From Octopus sinensis (Eukaryota), in NCBI RefSeq assembly GCF_006345805.1, contig NC_043003.1:21390001-21454000 (forward strand): a stretch of DNA of 64,000 bases. The letters are read 5' to 3'. Position 1 is the first letter of the stretch. Every line of letters begins with the position of its first letter. Below the pieces are notes generated by a model. That model saw only the letters and a program-made list of their open reading frames with translations, was not told where the DNA came from and did no database searches. The position numbers and the translations under genes are program-made. Below are positions 1 to 12,608 of the stretch, one piece after another.

Positions 1-76
1 TCATCATTGTTTAACATCCGCCTTACATGCTGGCATGCATTGGACAGTTTGACAAGAGCAGGCCAAGTAGAAGACT

Positions 77-114
<38 letters not shown>

Positions 115-329
115 GAAGTGTAAATAAGAAAAATCTGGCAGTAAAATGTATGGCAGATCCTTTGTCTTGATCTATCTACAATGAACACTTTCCTACAAAT
201 TTTGCTTGAATTTCTAAGGGTCATTATTGTTATTATACAGTGATACATTTGGACTAGTGTCCTCATCTTCATTGTTATACATACAACATTTCAGCCATTT
301 TCAGGTTATGAGGTTAAGAAACTTGATTC

Positions 330-570
330 CCAACCAAGTAGTCTCGGGTTCACTCCCACAGTGCTCCATAAGTAGCATGGAGCCAGTTTCCTGGTTTCTC
401 TGGGGTATATATTCCTCCCTGGATAGGAAGCTTGTCCATTGCAGAATTACTCATTTTTACCAGCTTAGTTACCTGGTGCAACGTGAAATGAAGTGATTTA
501 CTCAAGAATACAATGCATTGCCCAGTCCAGGAATTGAAACCACAAACTTACAATCAAGTGTCCATCCCCC
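330..570 (-). mobile_element. SINE family D (tRNA head)
   Basis: Reverse complement of gtggttag...gtttcaattcctggactggg...ttgagtaaatcacttcatttcacgttgc. Confidence 0.6.
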
Positions 571-849
571 TAACTACTGAACCATGCATCTCCATGCACA
601 CACAGACACACACACACATATATGAGAAGACCACAAAATTAAGGATGCTCAGCTGGAGAGGGTTGCTGGGGATGAGCTTGTATGCAAGGGAACATGGACA
701 TGACATGATGATGATGATGACAGTGGTACACATTGGATCATGAAATATCAAATGGACATTAACTGAATGAGGAAAAGAGAAACCACAGATTGTGCACCTT
801 TGATAATAAGTCTGCCACATCAGAGCTAAACAACAACAACAGCAACTCT

Positions 850-1055
850 TTTACTTGTTTCAGTCATTTGGCAGCGGCCATGCTGGAGCACCACCTTTAG
901 TCGAGCAAATCGACCCCAGGACTTATTCTTTGTAAGCTTAGTACTTATTGTATCGGTTTCTTTTGCCAAACTGCTAAGTTACGGGGATGTAAACACACCA
1001 GCATCAGTTGTCAAGCGATGTGTGTGTGGGGGGCAACACTGACACACAAACATAT

Positions 1056-1103
<48 letters not shown>

Positions 1104-1266
1104 GACAGGCTTCTTTCAGTTTCCGTCTACCAAATCCACTCACAAAGCTTTGGTCGGCCCGAGGCTATAGTAGAAGACACTTGCCCAAGGTGCCATGCAG
1201 TGGGACTGAACCCAGAACCATGTAGATGGTAAGCAAGCTACTTACCACACAGCCACTCCTGTGCCT
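850..1266 (-). mobile_element. SINE family A (tRNA head, CORE-like body, internal (TA)n(TG)n)
   Basis: A-box tggctgtgtgg, B-box ggttcagtccc, caccttgggcaagtgtct; tail gactgaaacaagtaaaag. Confidence 0.85.
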
Positions 1267-1702
1267 ATGAATTTGTTTATAAACAAAGTCAACTTAAATT
1301 TAAGAAAAGCAATAGGAATTGTGGAAACAACTCTTAAAGTATCCAAGTAAAATAATTAATTATTTATTGGAAAATTATGAACTCTAGCATTGATTTTGTC
1401 ATATGGATGTTCCAATCTTTTGATTGATGAAACTACCTAACTGTCTACTTATTGAACTGTGTTTTAAGTAGTTTGTATTCTGGAGACACTTGTACCAAGA
1501 ATGTACTTACATGTCATGTGTGTGTGTGTGTGTAAGGATGATGATGATGATGCATATATATATATATATATGTATACACACTTATATACATATACATTTA
1601 TGTTAATATATATGTGTTTACATATGTATGTGTGGGTGTGTGTGTGCATGTATGCATGTATCATCAGGGGACATTAAAACAATGATGATATATACATATA
1701 TA

Positions 1703-1752
<50 letters not shown>

Positions 1753-1787
1753 CATATATATGTGTTATATATATATATACATATATA

Positions 1788-1839
<52 letters not shown>

Positions 1840-3488
1840 TGCATTACATGTTTTATATATGTATATATATTTGCATGTGTGTGTATGTAATCTTATGCAT
1901 ACATATATACTTACCTACAGAACATGTCAAGTTGCAAATAATTATAAGAGATAAAAACTTAGACACACACACACACATTCACATACATCTGTAAACACTG
2001 GTGTGTAAAATAATAAAATAATACATTATGTGTATATGTGTAAAACCTCATATAGACACATATCCATAGGCATGTGCACACAGTCTCACACACACACAGA
2101 GACAAGCACGTGGTATTGAGATGAATGCAGGACGATAGATATATAAAAAAATAGAGAGGCATAGAGACTACCGATGCCTTCCTATTTCCCCTCTAATGGC
2201 AGCAAGAACCAATAGACGATGGTATCTTGCTAGTTTAAAAATATGCATTGTGCAGCAAATGTCATTATCATGTGACTGTTTGATGATAATGATAATGCAA
2301 ACGATGATGATAATAACAACAACAACAACAACAAACAAACAAACAACAGTAACTAAGGATTGTTCAAGCAGTTCTAAATTAGACATTTCATTTCGGACAA
2401 AAATACCTCCTTTTATAAAATGACTTCAAATTTTTAACCAGATTATAATACATGACATTCAAATTAATTAGTCGATCGTTTGTGTTTGATTTTTTTTTAT
2501 TATATTTGGTTTTGTTTTCTGATTTTGAGGGATTTTTTTTTGATAATTTTTCTGACTTTTTAAAATATTTTTATATATAATTTTTTGAAGAGGAGGAGGA
2601 AGAGATGAAAGTGAGGTGGAGGTAGTTATTTTATATCATAGTTTTAATTATTCTACATCTTAGCCAAATGTTGAAGAGAGGAAATGAATCAAAATCTTTT
2701 TTTATTTCTTCTTCTTCTTTTACACCATTACCACCACCACACTCTTTCTGTTTAAAACAAAACTTTTTAATTTAGAATTTTGAAAGGAGTGTATGGCAAG
2801 AGAGAGAGAGAAAGAATGAAAGGGAGAAAGGTAAAAAAAATTACAAAAAAGTTAAAAATATAAAAAGCAAATGAAAAATTATATTTCTGCCTTAGAAATT
2901 TCACTCACTAATAATTAAGAAATTATCATTAGTATAATTAAAATTGAGGGTGACAAATTGAAAGTATTGGTATTGTGCCAGGTTCTTCCAATGTGGCCTT
3001 CTTTGTATTTGGTAATTAATTTCATCCCTCTTATATTCTATATTCAAACCCCAGTAGGATTGACATTGTTTTTTAACCTTACATGGGTGAAAGGGATCAT
3101 TAAAGTAGGTACCAGTCTTAAACAGGGGACAGGATTTCTTATTCTATGGAAATCCTCCTTCCTTCATCATCATTTTAATGTCTATTTTTCTATGATCGCA
3201 TCAGTCAGACAGAATTTGTTCAGGCAACTTTTTTTTTTTTTTTCAAAACTGGATGCTCTTCTTGTCACCAACCCTCACCTGTTTCGAAGTTTGGTAATAT
3301 TTCTTCATGACCAGACATGTTTTCAAGGAAAATTGGAAACAAAAAGTACCACTTTAAAAAAAATAAGTACTGGGGTCAGCTTATTTTAAAAAATATGTAC
3401 TGGGGTTAATATATTCGACTGAAAATTCTTCAAGGTGATGCCTCAACATGGCCATAGTCCGTTGACTGAAGCAAGTAAAAGATCAAAA

Positions 3489-3527
<39 letters not shown>

Positions 3528-3529
3528 GC

Positions 3530-4298
3530 AACTCTAGGTCATCAGCTTCACTCAGGCGCATCACTGATTTCGCATGAGACACATTCTTGCTCAAAGAATT
3601 TCACATTTTTCCACAATATTTCTAGCCCCAAATGGGTTATTTTTTATATCTAGCACTATGTCTTTCTCCATTTCTAAGTTAAAGGTAAAAATAAAGCAAC
3701 CCTGCAAAACACAACTGATCTTTATACACAGAAGCACAGAATAACAGCAATCAAATAATGACAGCAGAGTGCACAACAAACATCAGCGATATGACTGTTA
3801 CCTGTGCTCTTAACAAGAGATGCCAGTTCATCTTTAACACCTTCAATCTCGTTTGTATTAGCCCGAGTTGTTGGATAATTTTTCCGTTCCTTTAAGAATA
3901 CTGTAGAATGGAAACTTTTCATAGATTGGAATTTAAATCCTAATCTCTATAGAAATTTGTTGTTTCAAGAAAACATTGAATTTGAATTACTTTTAATTTT
4001 TATAATTATAAATAACAACTTAGGCTGTAACTTCTGAGCCCAAGTTAGGCATGTGTGAGCAATGTTGAGAGAACGTCTGCTATGAAAATTTTTTGATTTA
4101 GGGCACCTCTAAAATGAGCGCTAGACGCTGAACAAAAAAAGTGAACTGTGACCAGGCTCAATAAAAGGAGCCCTAGTTATTGGCTGCAATTACTTACTTG
4201 ATGTCAATGTTGGCTGAAATTTAAATCAGCTTGCAAATACACGGCCACTTTACTAAATTTATACTCAGGCTAAGTCCAAGTGCCGAAGTCGCCACTGA
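3530..4298 (-). mobile_element. Possible decayed hAT-like transposon fragment
   Basis: Minus-strand start cagtggcgacttcggc resembles a hAT terminus; broken protein-like frames follow but have no clear motif. Confidence 0.25.
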
Positions 4299-4322
4299 TG
4301 TGTGTGTGTGGGGGGGGGGGTG

Positions 4323-4650
4323 TTTATGAATTTGTTTTGCAAGATTTCTGATGTGAAATCATGTGTTGAGACAGATATTGTTATATTTTGGGATGGTCAA
4401 CTTTTTTTGTTTCTTTTTCTCCAAATAAACACATGCACTGTATATTTGTTCTTCACTTGTTTGCTGTTGTTCTTATTTTATCTTATGCCCATTGTCTGGA
4501 AATATTTTGTCATACATTTGACAATAAACTAGGCAGAGTAGATGGATACACATGGATGGAAAGGGTCCCTGAAGAGGTCACAGATGTGTGATTAAAGATT
4601 TCCAGATGTTGGACATAAGATAAAATAAGAACAATAATAAACAGTTAGAT
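4323..4650. repeat. Second copy of the inverted-pair family, without the pogo insertion
   Basis: Shares tttatgaatttgttttgca, atattttgggatggtca, cttatgcccattgtctggaaat and ctgaagaggtcacagatgtgtga with 30672-31642. Confidence 0.6.
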
Positions 4651-4838
4651 TCTGACATGATATTACTTGAATTGTGTGTATGTGCGCATGTGTGTGTGAA
4701 AATACACATACACACATACTCAAGAACACACACACACACACATATATTGTATGCATTGAGCAATAAATGTCATTATCATGTGAGTATTTGAGGATAATAA
4801 TAAGAAGAATCTCTTTTTATTTTTCTTTCCTTTACCAG

Positions 4839-4935
4839 GTCCATTTTGTTCGGCCCTCCTGGCAATAGTAAAACTCCTATGTTGTTCCTAGTGACAAGTG
4901 TTCTTTTTTGGGGATACCCGATGTATGTGTTCAAG
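4839..4935 (+). CDS. ZDHHC: DHHC palmitoyltransferase (Patsas/ZDHHC17-like), first exon in window (internal exon, TM1 region)
   Basis: Acceptor ttttctttcctttaccAG and donor GTaaga. Encodes (x)SILFGPPGNSKTPMLFLVTSVLFWGYPMYVFK and ends in phase 0, matching the next exon. LFGPPGNSK...WGYPMY recalled as typical of Patsas-type DHHC enzymes. Not in the ORF track. Confidence 0.85.
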
Positions 4936-5879
4936 GTAAGAACTCATTATTATTATATACCTGATAGTTTTACTTACAGGGTCCTTTGCTCTATTAGTTG
5001 GCGTTGAAAAATCTACACGTAGCAAAGTGGCCTGTGAGAACATTTCAAACAATGTTGAAGGATGCTGCAAAGAAAATTTGAATTAATTGCATGTTCAATG
5101 AAGAATTTAGTGTACAAGTAAGCACTGTTTCAGTGGTTATTTTTACAATGGGATGTTCCGGTTGTGACCATACCATATTTTATTTGGTGTGTTCAGGATG
5201 GCATTATTTAATTTTTTCCCTTCTTCAGAACAGGAGGGTGTGATCTGAGGGATATTTGGCTGCCATTTCCTAGATCAAGCAATCATGTAAAGGCTCCCAC
5301 ATTGGCCTGCTTTGTTGCTGAACTGCATGTTAGCTTGAATGAATAGACCTCTAGTCAAAGACTGTGGCCATTAGGTCTTTGTATATTTAGGACTACATTA
5401 TTCAATATGTTATTCTTTATTAAAGACAGCAAAATGTGATTTAAGAGACATTTGGCTGCTATTTCATGCAGCTCGTCAGCGTGTGTGTTGTTATTTAGCC
5501 TTTGGTCAACATAATTAACCTTTTCAACACTACTCTCCTGAAACTGTCCCTGTTTTGAAATTACATTAATTAAAACATTCCATCAAAATTCCTTAATAAT
5601 GGTTTCAAATTTTGGCACAGAGACAGCAGGTTTGTTTTTTGTTTTTTGAGGGGAGGGGGGAGTCAAATGTATCTTTCCCAGTACTTGACTGGTACTTATT
5701 TTATCAACCCTGAAATGCTGAAAAGTAAAGTCGACTTTAGCAGAATTTGAACTCAGAACATAAAGACAGACAAAATGCCACAAAACATTTTGTCCAGTGT
5801 GCTGCTTTACACCAACTTAATGATGACAGAGTTACTTTAATCGTCCCCTGCAACCCTCTCTAGCTGAGCATCACTAATT

Positions 5880-6130
5880 TTGTGGGCTCGTAGGTGCTGG
5901 TACCACATAAAAAGCACCCGTGCCAGTGCTACATAAGAGCACCCAGTACACACTGTAAAGTGGTTGGTGTTAGGAAAGGCATCCAGTTGTAGAAACTATG
6001 CCAAAATAGACATGGAACCTGAGCAGCTCCTGATGAATCTATGCCAGCATGGAAAACAAGCGTTAAATGATGATGATGATGAGGAGGAGGAGGGTGGTGG
6101 TGGTGGTGGTGGTGATGATGATGATGATAT
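5880..6130 (+). mobile_element. RTE-tail repeat (family C)
   Basis: gttggtgttaggaaaggcatccagttgtagaaac...cgttaaatgatgatg. Confidence 0.7.
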
Positions 6131-6794
6131 CTTCATAATTTATTGAAACAAAGACAGAGTGGAAATATGTTAACTAAAAGGATTAAGAAAAACCTACCAG
6201 CAAAAGCATTTCATACCATGTAGCATCTTATCTTTTTGAGGTTGCTTTGAATTTCATTATCTAATCTATCTATCCCTATTCAAGAAGGTAGATGGTGTTG
6301 ATTTCAGGGTGATATCATTATTATCATCTAGTGTAAGACAGCATGCTGGCAGAATCATTAGCACACTGAACAAAATACTTGGTGGCATTTTGTCACTCTT
6401 TATATTCTGAGTTTAAGTATCACATATGCCTTTCATCCTTCAGAGATCGATAAAATAAGTACCAGTGAAACCCTGGGGTCGAAGTAATCAACTTAACTTC
6501 TTCTCCTGAAATTACTGGTCTCATGCCAAAATTTTGAAACCATTATTATCATCATCATCTAGTGAACCATAACCATCAAAGGCCATTGGTGTCTTGCATA
6601 TGTGCCATTCTGCAGCTGATGCAGCTCACTCTCAATTGAACAGACAGGAGCTATTATCATCATCATCATCATTATTTAACATCCGTTTTTCCATGCTGGC
6701 ATGGGTTGGACAGTTTGACAGGAGTGGCAAGCCAGAGGACTACAGCTGGGTGCTCTTCATAACACCAGTGATGCACTGCACCAGTTGATCTAGG

Positions 6795-7305
6795 AATTAA
6801 AGGTAAAGTTATCTTCTCAAGTCATACTGACTCATAAGGGCCGGTTTCCTGGTTTCATGGCGTATATATTCACCACCTGGATGGGATGGCAGTCCATCAC
6901 AGGATTACTCATTTTTACCAGCTGAGTGGACTCAAGCAACATGAAATGAAGTACTTTGCTCAAGAGCACATGCCGCTTGGTCCAGTAATCAAAGCAATCT
7001 TACAATGAGTCCAACACTCTAACCACTAAACCACATGCCTCCACAAAAGTAAAGTTCCTTCCTGAGTCATACAGACTCATAGGGCTGGTTTCTGTGACAT
7101 ATATATTCCTCACCTAGAAGGGGACTCTGGCCCATTGCAGGATTAATCATTTTTTGATTAATCATTAATCATTTTGAGTGGACTGGAGAAACGTGAAATA
7201 AAGTATTTTGCTCAAGAGTATAAGGCATCACCCAGTCCAGGAATTGAAACCACAATCTTACAATCATGAGTCCAACACCCTAACCACTAAGCCATACACC
7301 TCCAA
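6795..7305 (-). mobile_element. Tandem dimer of SINE family D
   Basis: aaagtaaagtt...gagtcata...aaccactaa unit twice, junction at about 7045. Confidence 0.75.
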
Positions 7306-8104
7306 TCCAGGAATTGAACCTACAGTTTTAGAATCATGGGCCTAACAGTCTACTCTATGGTAGCGATATAGCTGATATTTATTTGTAGCAGATGGTGGTT
7401 GATAATTGGTGGTGTATTTATCTTACATAAAACTATTAATATTTCATATTCAATCTTGCCATCTTGTTTCATTTATTGCTCCAGTATATTTTTCCTCTCT
7501 TAAAATTTAATATCCTCTATTGTGTAATCTTTTTCTCTTGTTAGTTTAATCTTTTGATAGAAGACATGTCTTTTTGTCTGTTGCACTTGTGACACCGTAT
7601 GTAGCCTTGGAAACATTTTTACTACAGGCAAACCCACGTTGTTGACTAGCTGCATCAACTAAAATATATATCAATGCACACACAGCTTATGTGCACATAC
7701 ATACATGTATACATACATATGTATGTGCGTACGTATATACATAGTCTCACCCTTGCAAGTACTGAATAGTCATTAACATGTTACTGCTGCTGCTGATGAT
7801 GATGATGATGATGATGATGATGTGTGTGTGTGTGTTTACACACATATCAATGTGTTGTTGTTTTTTTATGTTGAATCATTAATGAAACAATCAAACATTA
7901 ACTGAAGGAGCACTCAATACATTTATGCAGAGTATAAAATTTATTTTTATAAGGAAAATGAATGACTCTGTGTGTGTGTGTGTGTGTGTGTGTGAGTGTG
8001 TGTGCGCGCATGTGTGTATGTGTGTGTAAATGCACACACATATACATATACTATCATCTGCTTCATAGATCTGTTTTCCATAATGGTATGCATAGGACTA
8101 CTGA

Positions 8105-8147
<43 letters not shown>

Positions 8148-8323
8148 CATTTCATCATCATCATCATCATTATCATATATATATATATATATATATATAT
8201 CAGAAGATCCAAAAGCAGGTAAGGCTATGTAAGTGCTACGGAAGGACTGTTGTTAAGCTCCCAGTTCAATGATAGCATGAGTGAGGAGTTTAAGGCAGGT
8301 CGTATGTGAGTGAGCGTGTATAT

Positions 8324-8500
8324 GTTAAATAAAATAAGATAACAAGGCCAAGGCAATTCCTTCAATTGAAGCTCTTTTAACTCATCTCTGATGGTGGGAT
8401 ATCATTTATTTCCCTGAAACAGCTGTAAGACCATCTTTCTATTTATAAATCTCCTAGAAATATCAAATTACCTTGGCCTTGTTATCTTATTTTAATTAAC
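8324..8500 (+). mobile_element. Hammerhead-bearing short repeat with an inverted copy of its 3' end at the 5' side
   Basis: gttaaataaaataagataacaaggccaaggcaatt ... aattaccttggccttgttatcttattttaattaac, about 35-bp inverted repeats with 2 mismatches; the interior is homologous to 61885-62040. Confidence 0.65.
8384..8431 (+). ncRNA. Minimal type I hammerhead-like motif, same family as 61947-61998
   Basis: AUCU-CUGAUGG-U-GGGA...UCCC-U-GAAA-CAGCUG-UA-AGAC; A9 is changed to G. Confidence 0.55.
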
Positions 8501-8566
8501 GTGTGTGTGTGTGTACACATAAAACTGAGAGATGTCAATAACATGATATAACAAAATATAACAAAA

Positions 8567-8800
8567 AGGCGGCAAGCTGGCAGAAACGTTAGCGCACTGT
8601 GCGAAATGCTTAGCGGTATTTCGTCTGTCGTTACGTTGTGAGTTCAAATTCCGCCGAGGTCGACTTTGCCTTTCATCCTTTCGGGGTCGATAAATAAAGT
8701 ACCAGTTCCGCACTGGGGTCGATTACATCGACTTAATCCCTTTGTCTATCCTTGTTTGTCCCCTCTATATTTAGCCCCTTGTGGGTAGTAAAGAAATAGA
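8567..8800 (+). mobile_element. SINE family B (tRNA head, Meta/MESC-like central domain)
   Basis: ggcggcaagctggcagaaacgttagc...gagttcaaattcc...gcctttcatcctttcggggtcgataaataaagtaccag; TSD atataacaaaa. Confidence 0.85.
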
Positions 8801-9304
8801 TATAACAAAATATTGAGTGTGTTTCAGATCAAGTGATTTTGATAACAATAACCATTTTGATAACATTATTCTCAATTATAATAAACAACTTTCATGATGT
8901 GTGTGTATAATATACATTCATATAAGCAAATGGACACACTTCTAAGCGTGCACAGCTACATGTATGTGTGATTTTAAGAGCATAGCTTTATTCGGTCGTG
9001 TAGTACATTTTTTTTACATTTTTATTTATTTATTTATTTCATTTTCTTATTAGTTTCCTTGGTGTCATCGATGGTTTATATACATAAAGTCCTTCCAGGT
9101 AGTTTTCAATGAATATCTTAAGATTATTTGACCTTGTCGTCATCCTACACAATGACAGGACGTCAATATGTGTTTCGTATAACAAACGCATGGGCACACA
9201 CACACACACATATATATCAGTTCATGTCAAACCATCCTGCCCATACCTGCATTGAAAACAGACATTAACTGATGATGATGATGATGACAATGAAGACAAC
9301 GATG

Positions 9305-9308
9305 ATAC

Positions 9309-9339
<31 letters not shown>

Positions 9340-9495
9340 TGTATGCATGCATGTATGTATGCATGTATGTATGCATGCATGTTTGTATGCATGTATGTAT
9401 GTATGCATGTATGTATGCATGTATGCATGCATGTATGTATGCATGTATGCATGCATGTATGTATGCATGTATGTATGTATGTGTATGTATGTATA

Positions 9496-9529
<34 letters not shown>

Positions 9530-9530
9530 T
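9305..9530. repeat. (TATG/CATG)n tetranucleotide plus (TA)n
   Basis: Seen directly. Confidence 0.95.
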
Positions 9531-10209
9531 TCTTGTCCACATTGTCATTGGATATTGTGAGGATTATTAATAGTAAAGTTTAATATAAACACCATGTTTT
9601 TGGGGTTTTTTTATGTACTCTGACTTAATATTAAAACATATAGTTTGTTAGTTTCTTTTGGCATTAAAACATAAGCTTTTGCTTTTTTATATATCTAATC
9701 TTATGCATAATGATAGCACATTGTTTCAGGAACTGGACTGTCCTTTTGACAGTTTTAATACGTCCTGTTATGCAATGTTTTGCAAAAGCTTCTTTGCTTC
9801 AAGGATTATAATTTATCTATGAAATAAAATGGTGAGAAATTTGCCAACACAACCCCTTGTGAGCCTGTGTGTCCTTTCTATTTTACAGTTCTTTTACTAT
9901 TGCAGCGTGGAAGGTGTTTATAAGCCATTTAAGAAACACACAAAAACCGTTAGATTCACTTCAACATTTAAATTTAATTTGTCGAAATATTTTCATCGCT
10001 TTGAGACGGTGACCTGTTCACTGACAAAACTTCGTTTCAGCACACAATCTCAGATCAGGTCACTTGCTATGCAAGTACATCTCCGTAGTTCTTTTACTGT
10101 TCACTTTTTAGTCTTGTGTTTTATTTGGTCTACCGTGCATGGACATTTGGGATGTATTCTACCATTTTAAAAAGGGAAGAACAAATTGCTTTATGTAAAT
10201 GGGTAAAGA

Positions 10210-10522
10210 GTAAAGATCCCTTTTGGTCATGAATGACCAAAAGATTGCACCTAGAAAGTTCCCCTCCAAGGCACAGGTTGTTTATGGAAGACCAGCAGTC
10301 ACCCATGCATACTCATCTCCACACCACCGACGTTATCCAAGGGAAAGACTAAGACCGATACAGTTTGGCACCAGTGACGTCACAACTCATTTCTATAGCT
10401 GAGTGAACTGGAGCAATGTGAAATAAAATGTCTTGCTCGAGAATACAACACACAGCCCAGTCTGTGAATCAAACTCACTACCTCATGATTGTGAGCCGGA
10501 CATTTTAACTACTGAGCGACGC
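10210..10522 (-). mobile_element. SINE family D variant with a terminal hairpin
   Basis: tRNA-like head near 10520; cttttggtcat/atgaccaaaag hairpin at the tail. Confidence 0.6.
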
Positions 10523-10554
10523 TGTATGTAGTCCTCAATATACTTATATCTTTA

Positions 10555-10935
10555 TCTTTTTACCTTTTACTTGTTTCAATCATCAGATTATGGCCATGCT
10601 GGGGCATGACCTTGAAGAGTTTTTAGTCAAACAAATCAACCTCAGTACTTCTTTTTTAAGCCTGGTACTTATTCTATTGGTCTCTTTTGCTGAACTGCTA
10701 AGTTATAGAGGCATAAACAAACCAACACCAGTTGTCAAGTAGTGGTAGGGAACAAAGACACACACACACATATATTGACGGGCTTCTTTTAGTTTTCATC
10801 TACCAAATCCACTCACAAAGCTTTGGTCAGCCCAAGGTTATAGTAAAAGATACTTGCACAGGGTGTCATGCAGTGGGACTGAACCCTGAACCATGTCACT
10901 GGGAAGCAAACTTCTTACCACACAGCCATGCATGA
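10555..10935 (-). mobile_element. SINE family A
   Basis: Same blocks as 850-1266. Confidence 0.8.
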
Positions 10936-11279
10936 ATAAAAAATATGGGATGGTCATGGCTGGAACACCTTTGGTTATCAGTCAGGGCTAGGTAGGGCTA
11001 AACAGTAATCACAACATTATATGGCTGATTTGTTAGTCACATCTTGATTTTAGGCATGTCGTATTTATTGTTGATTTTGATGTTTATTACAAAACTAGGG
11101 TATTGGATCAGCAGAGACATTGGAGTATCAGGCAAAATGCCTTGTGGTATTTGTTCCAATTCTTTATGTTCTGAGTTCAAATCTTACTGAGATGTTCTAT
11201 GCTTTTCTTTATAATGAAAGAAAGATAGACATCTTGCAGAGTCAAACCACCCACTAAATTTTATTGTATTTATTCTTTT

Positions 11280-11650
11280 TTATCTGCCTTTACTTGTTTC
11301 GGTCATGGGACTACAGCCATGTTGGGGCACCATCTTGAAGGGTTTAGTTGAACAAATTAACCCCAATGCTTTTTTTTTGTTTGTGTGTGTGTGTTATCAT
11401 ATTCTATCAGTTTGTTTTGCCAAGCTGCTAAGTTACAGTCACATAAATCAATACAAGTCGTCAAGCAGTGGTGTTGGACAACCACAAACACACACACACA
11501 CTCAAACACATATATATGTATATATACATGATGGGCTTCCACATAGTTACCGTCAACCAAATTTACTTACAAGACATTAGTTGACCTGGAGTATTGTAGG
11601 AGACACCACTGCTAAGTACCACACAGTAGGATTGACCCCAAAACCATGTG
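11280..11650 (-). mobile_element. SINE family A (older copy)
   Basis: Same blocks, more diverged. Confidence 0.7.
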
Positions 11651-11734
11651 ATTGCAAAGTGTGCTCCCCCTCCCACAAAAATAAATCTTATTCAGATTCC
11701 TATGTTTCCAACAACAGATTGCATTTTCACCAGA

Positions 11735-11985
11735 AAGACATCATCATCATCATCATAATCACTTAACGTCCGTTTTCCATGCTAGCATGGGTTGGACAGT
11801 TTTGACTGAGGGCTGGAAACCACATGGCTGCACCAGGCTCCAGTCTTGATCTGGCGGAGTTTCTACAGCTGGATGCCCTTCCTAACGCCAACCACTCCGA
11901 GAGTGTAGTGGGTGCTTTTTACGTGCCACCTGCACGGGGGCCAGTCAGGCGGTACTGGCAATGACCTCGCTCGAATCTTTCTCTG
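11735..11985 (-). mobile_element. RTE-tail repeat (family C)
   Basis: catcatcat...aacgtccgttttccatgc...tggatgcccttcctaacgccaaccactcc. Confidence 0.8.
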
Positions 11986-12608
11986 CAAAATTTTAATTTG
12001 CCTTTGTTTTTTGTCTCAATTTTTTTTAAACACTTTTTTAAAATTTTTTTGGAATCCCTTATTAAAAATTACAAAGACCGTGATTCTGATAAAGAATTTT
12101 TTTTTTTCAAAATTACAATTTTTTTTTTAATGCACTCTCTTGGGCTTCCAGAATATCTACATATCAACTTATTCTTGAATTGTGTTGAATAGCAATTACA
12201 AGTATGCTTTGCAAAAGCATTATCTGTAAACATTATCTACAGACATTCATTGTACTGTTTATTATAATTATCATTAAGGCGGCAATTAACAAAATCCTTA
12301 GAGCATTGGACTGAACGCTTCGTAGTTTTTGTTCCAACTGTCTGCCTACCAAAGAATAAAGTACCAGTACTGGGTGGCAGATCGGCGGAATTGTTCATGC
12401 ATTTGGATGGTATGCCTTATGCTAGCTGTTCCAGCTGGATACATTCTATATTTAAATCCCGTCTTCCATCACTGGACCAAAAAAGAAAATAATATTGAAA
12501 AAATAACCGTAACTCATTTGTTAGGATTTGAAACTGATGGATAAATTGGAAAAAGTTGTGGGTGGACGATATTCTTGGATAGTAGATTTAATTTACCATT
12601 TGGTTTAA

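Noticed and set aside
9829-10170. 113-aa ORF in unique sequence with two acceptor-like sites
   Set aside because: No recognisable domain and no similarity to the DHHC protein; the gene model is complete without it.
12360-12477. Strong minus-strand acceptor ttttcttttttggtccAG
   Set aside because: All three downstream frames hit stops within about 55 nt.
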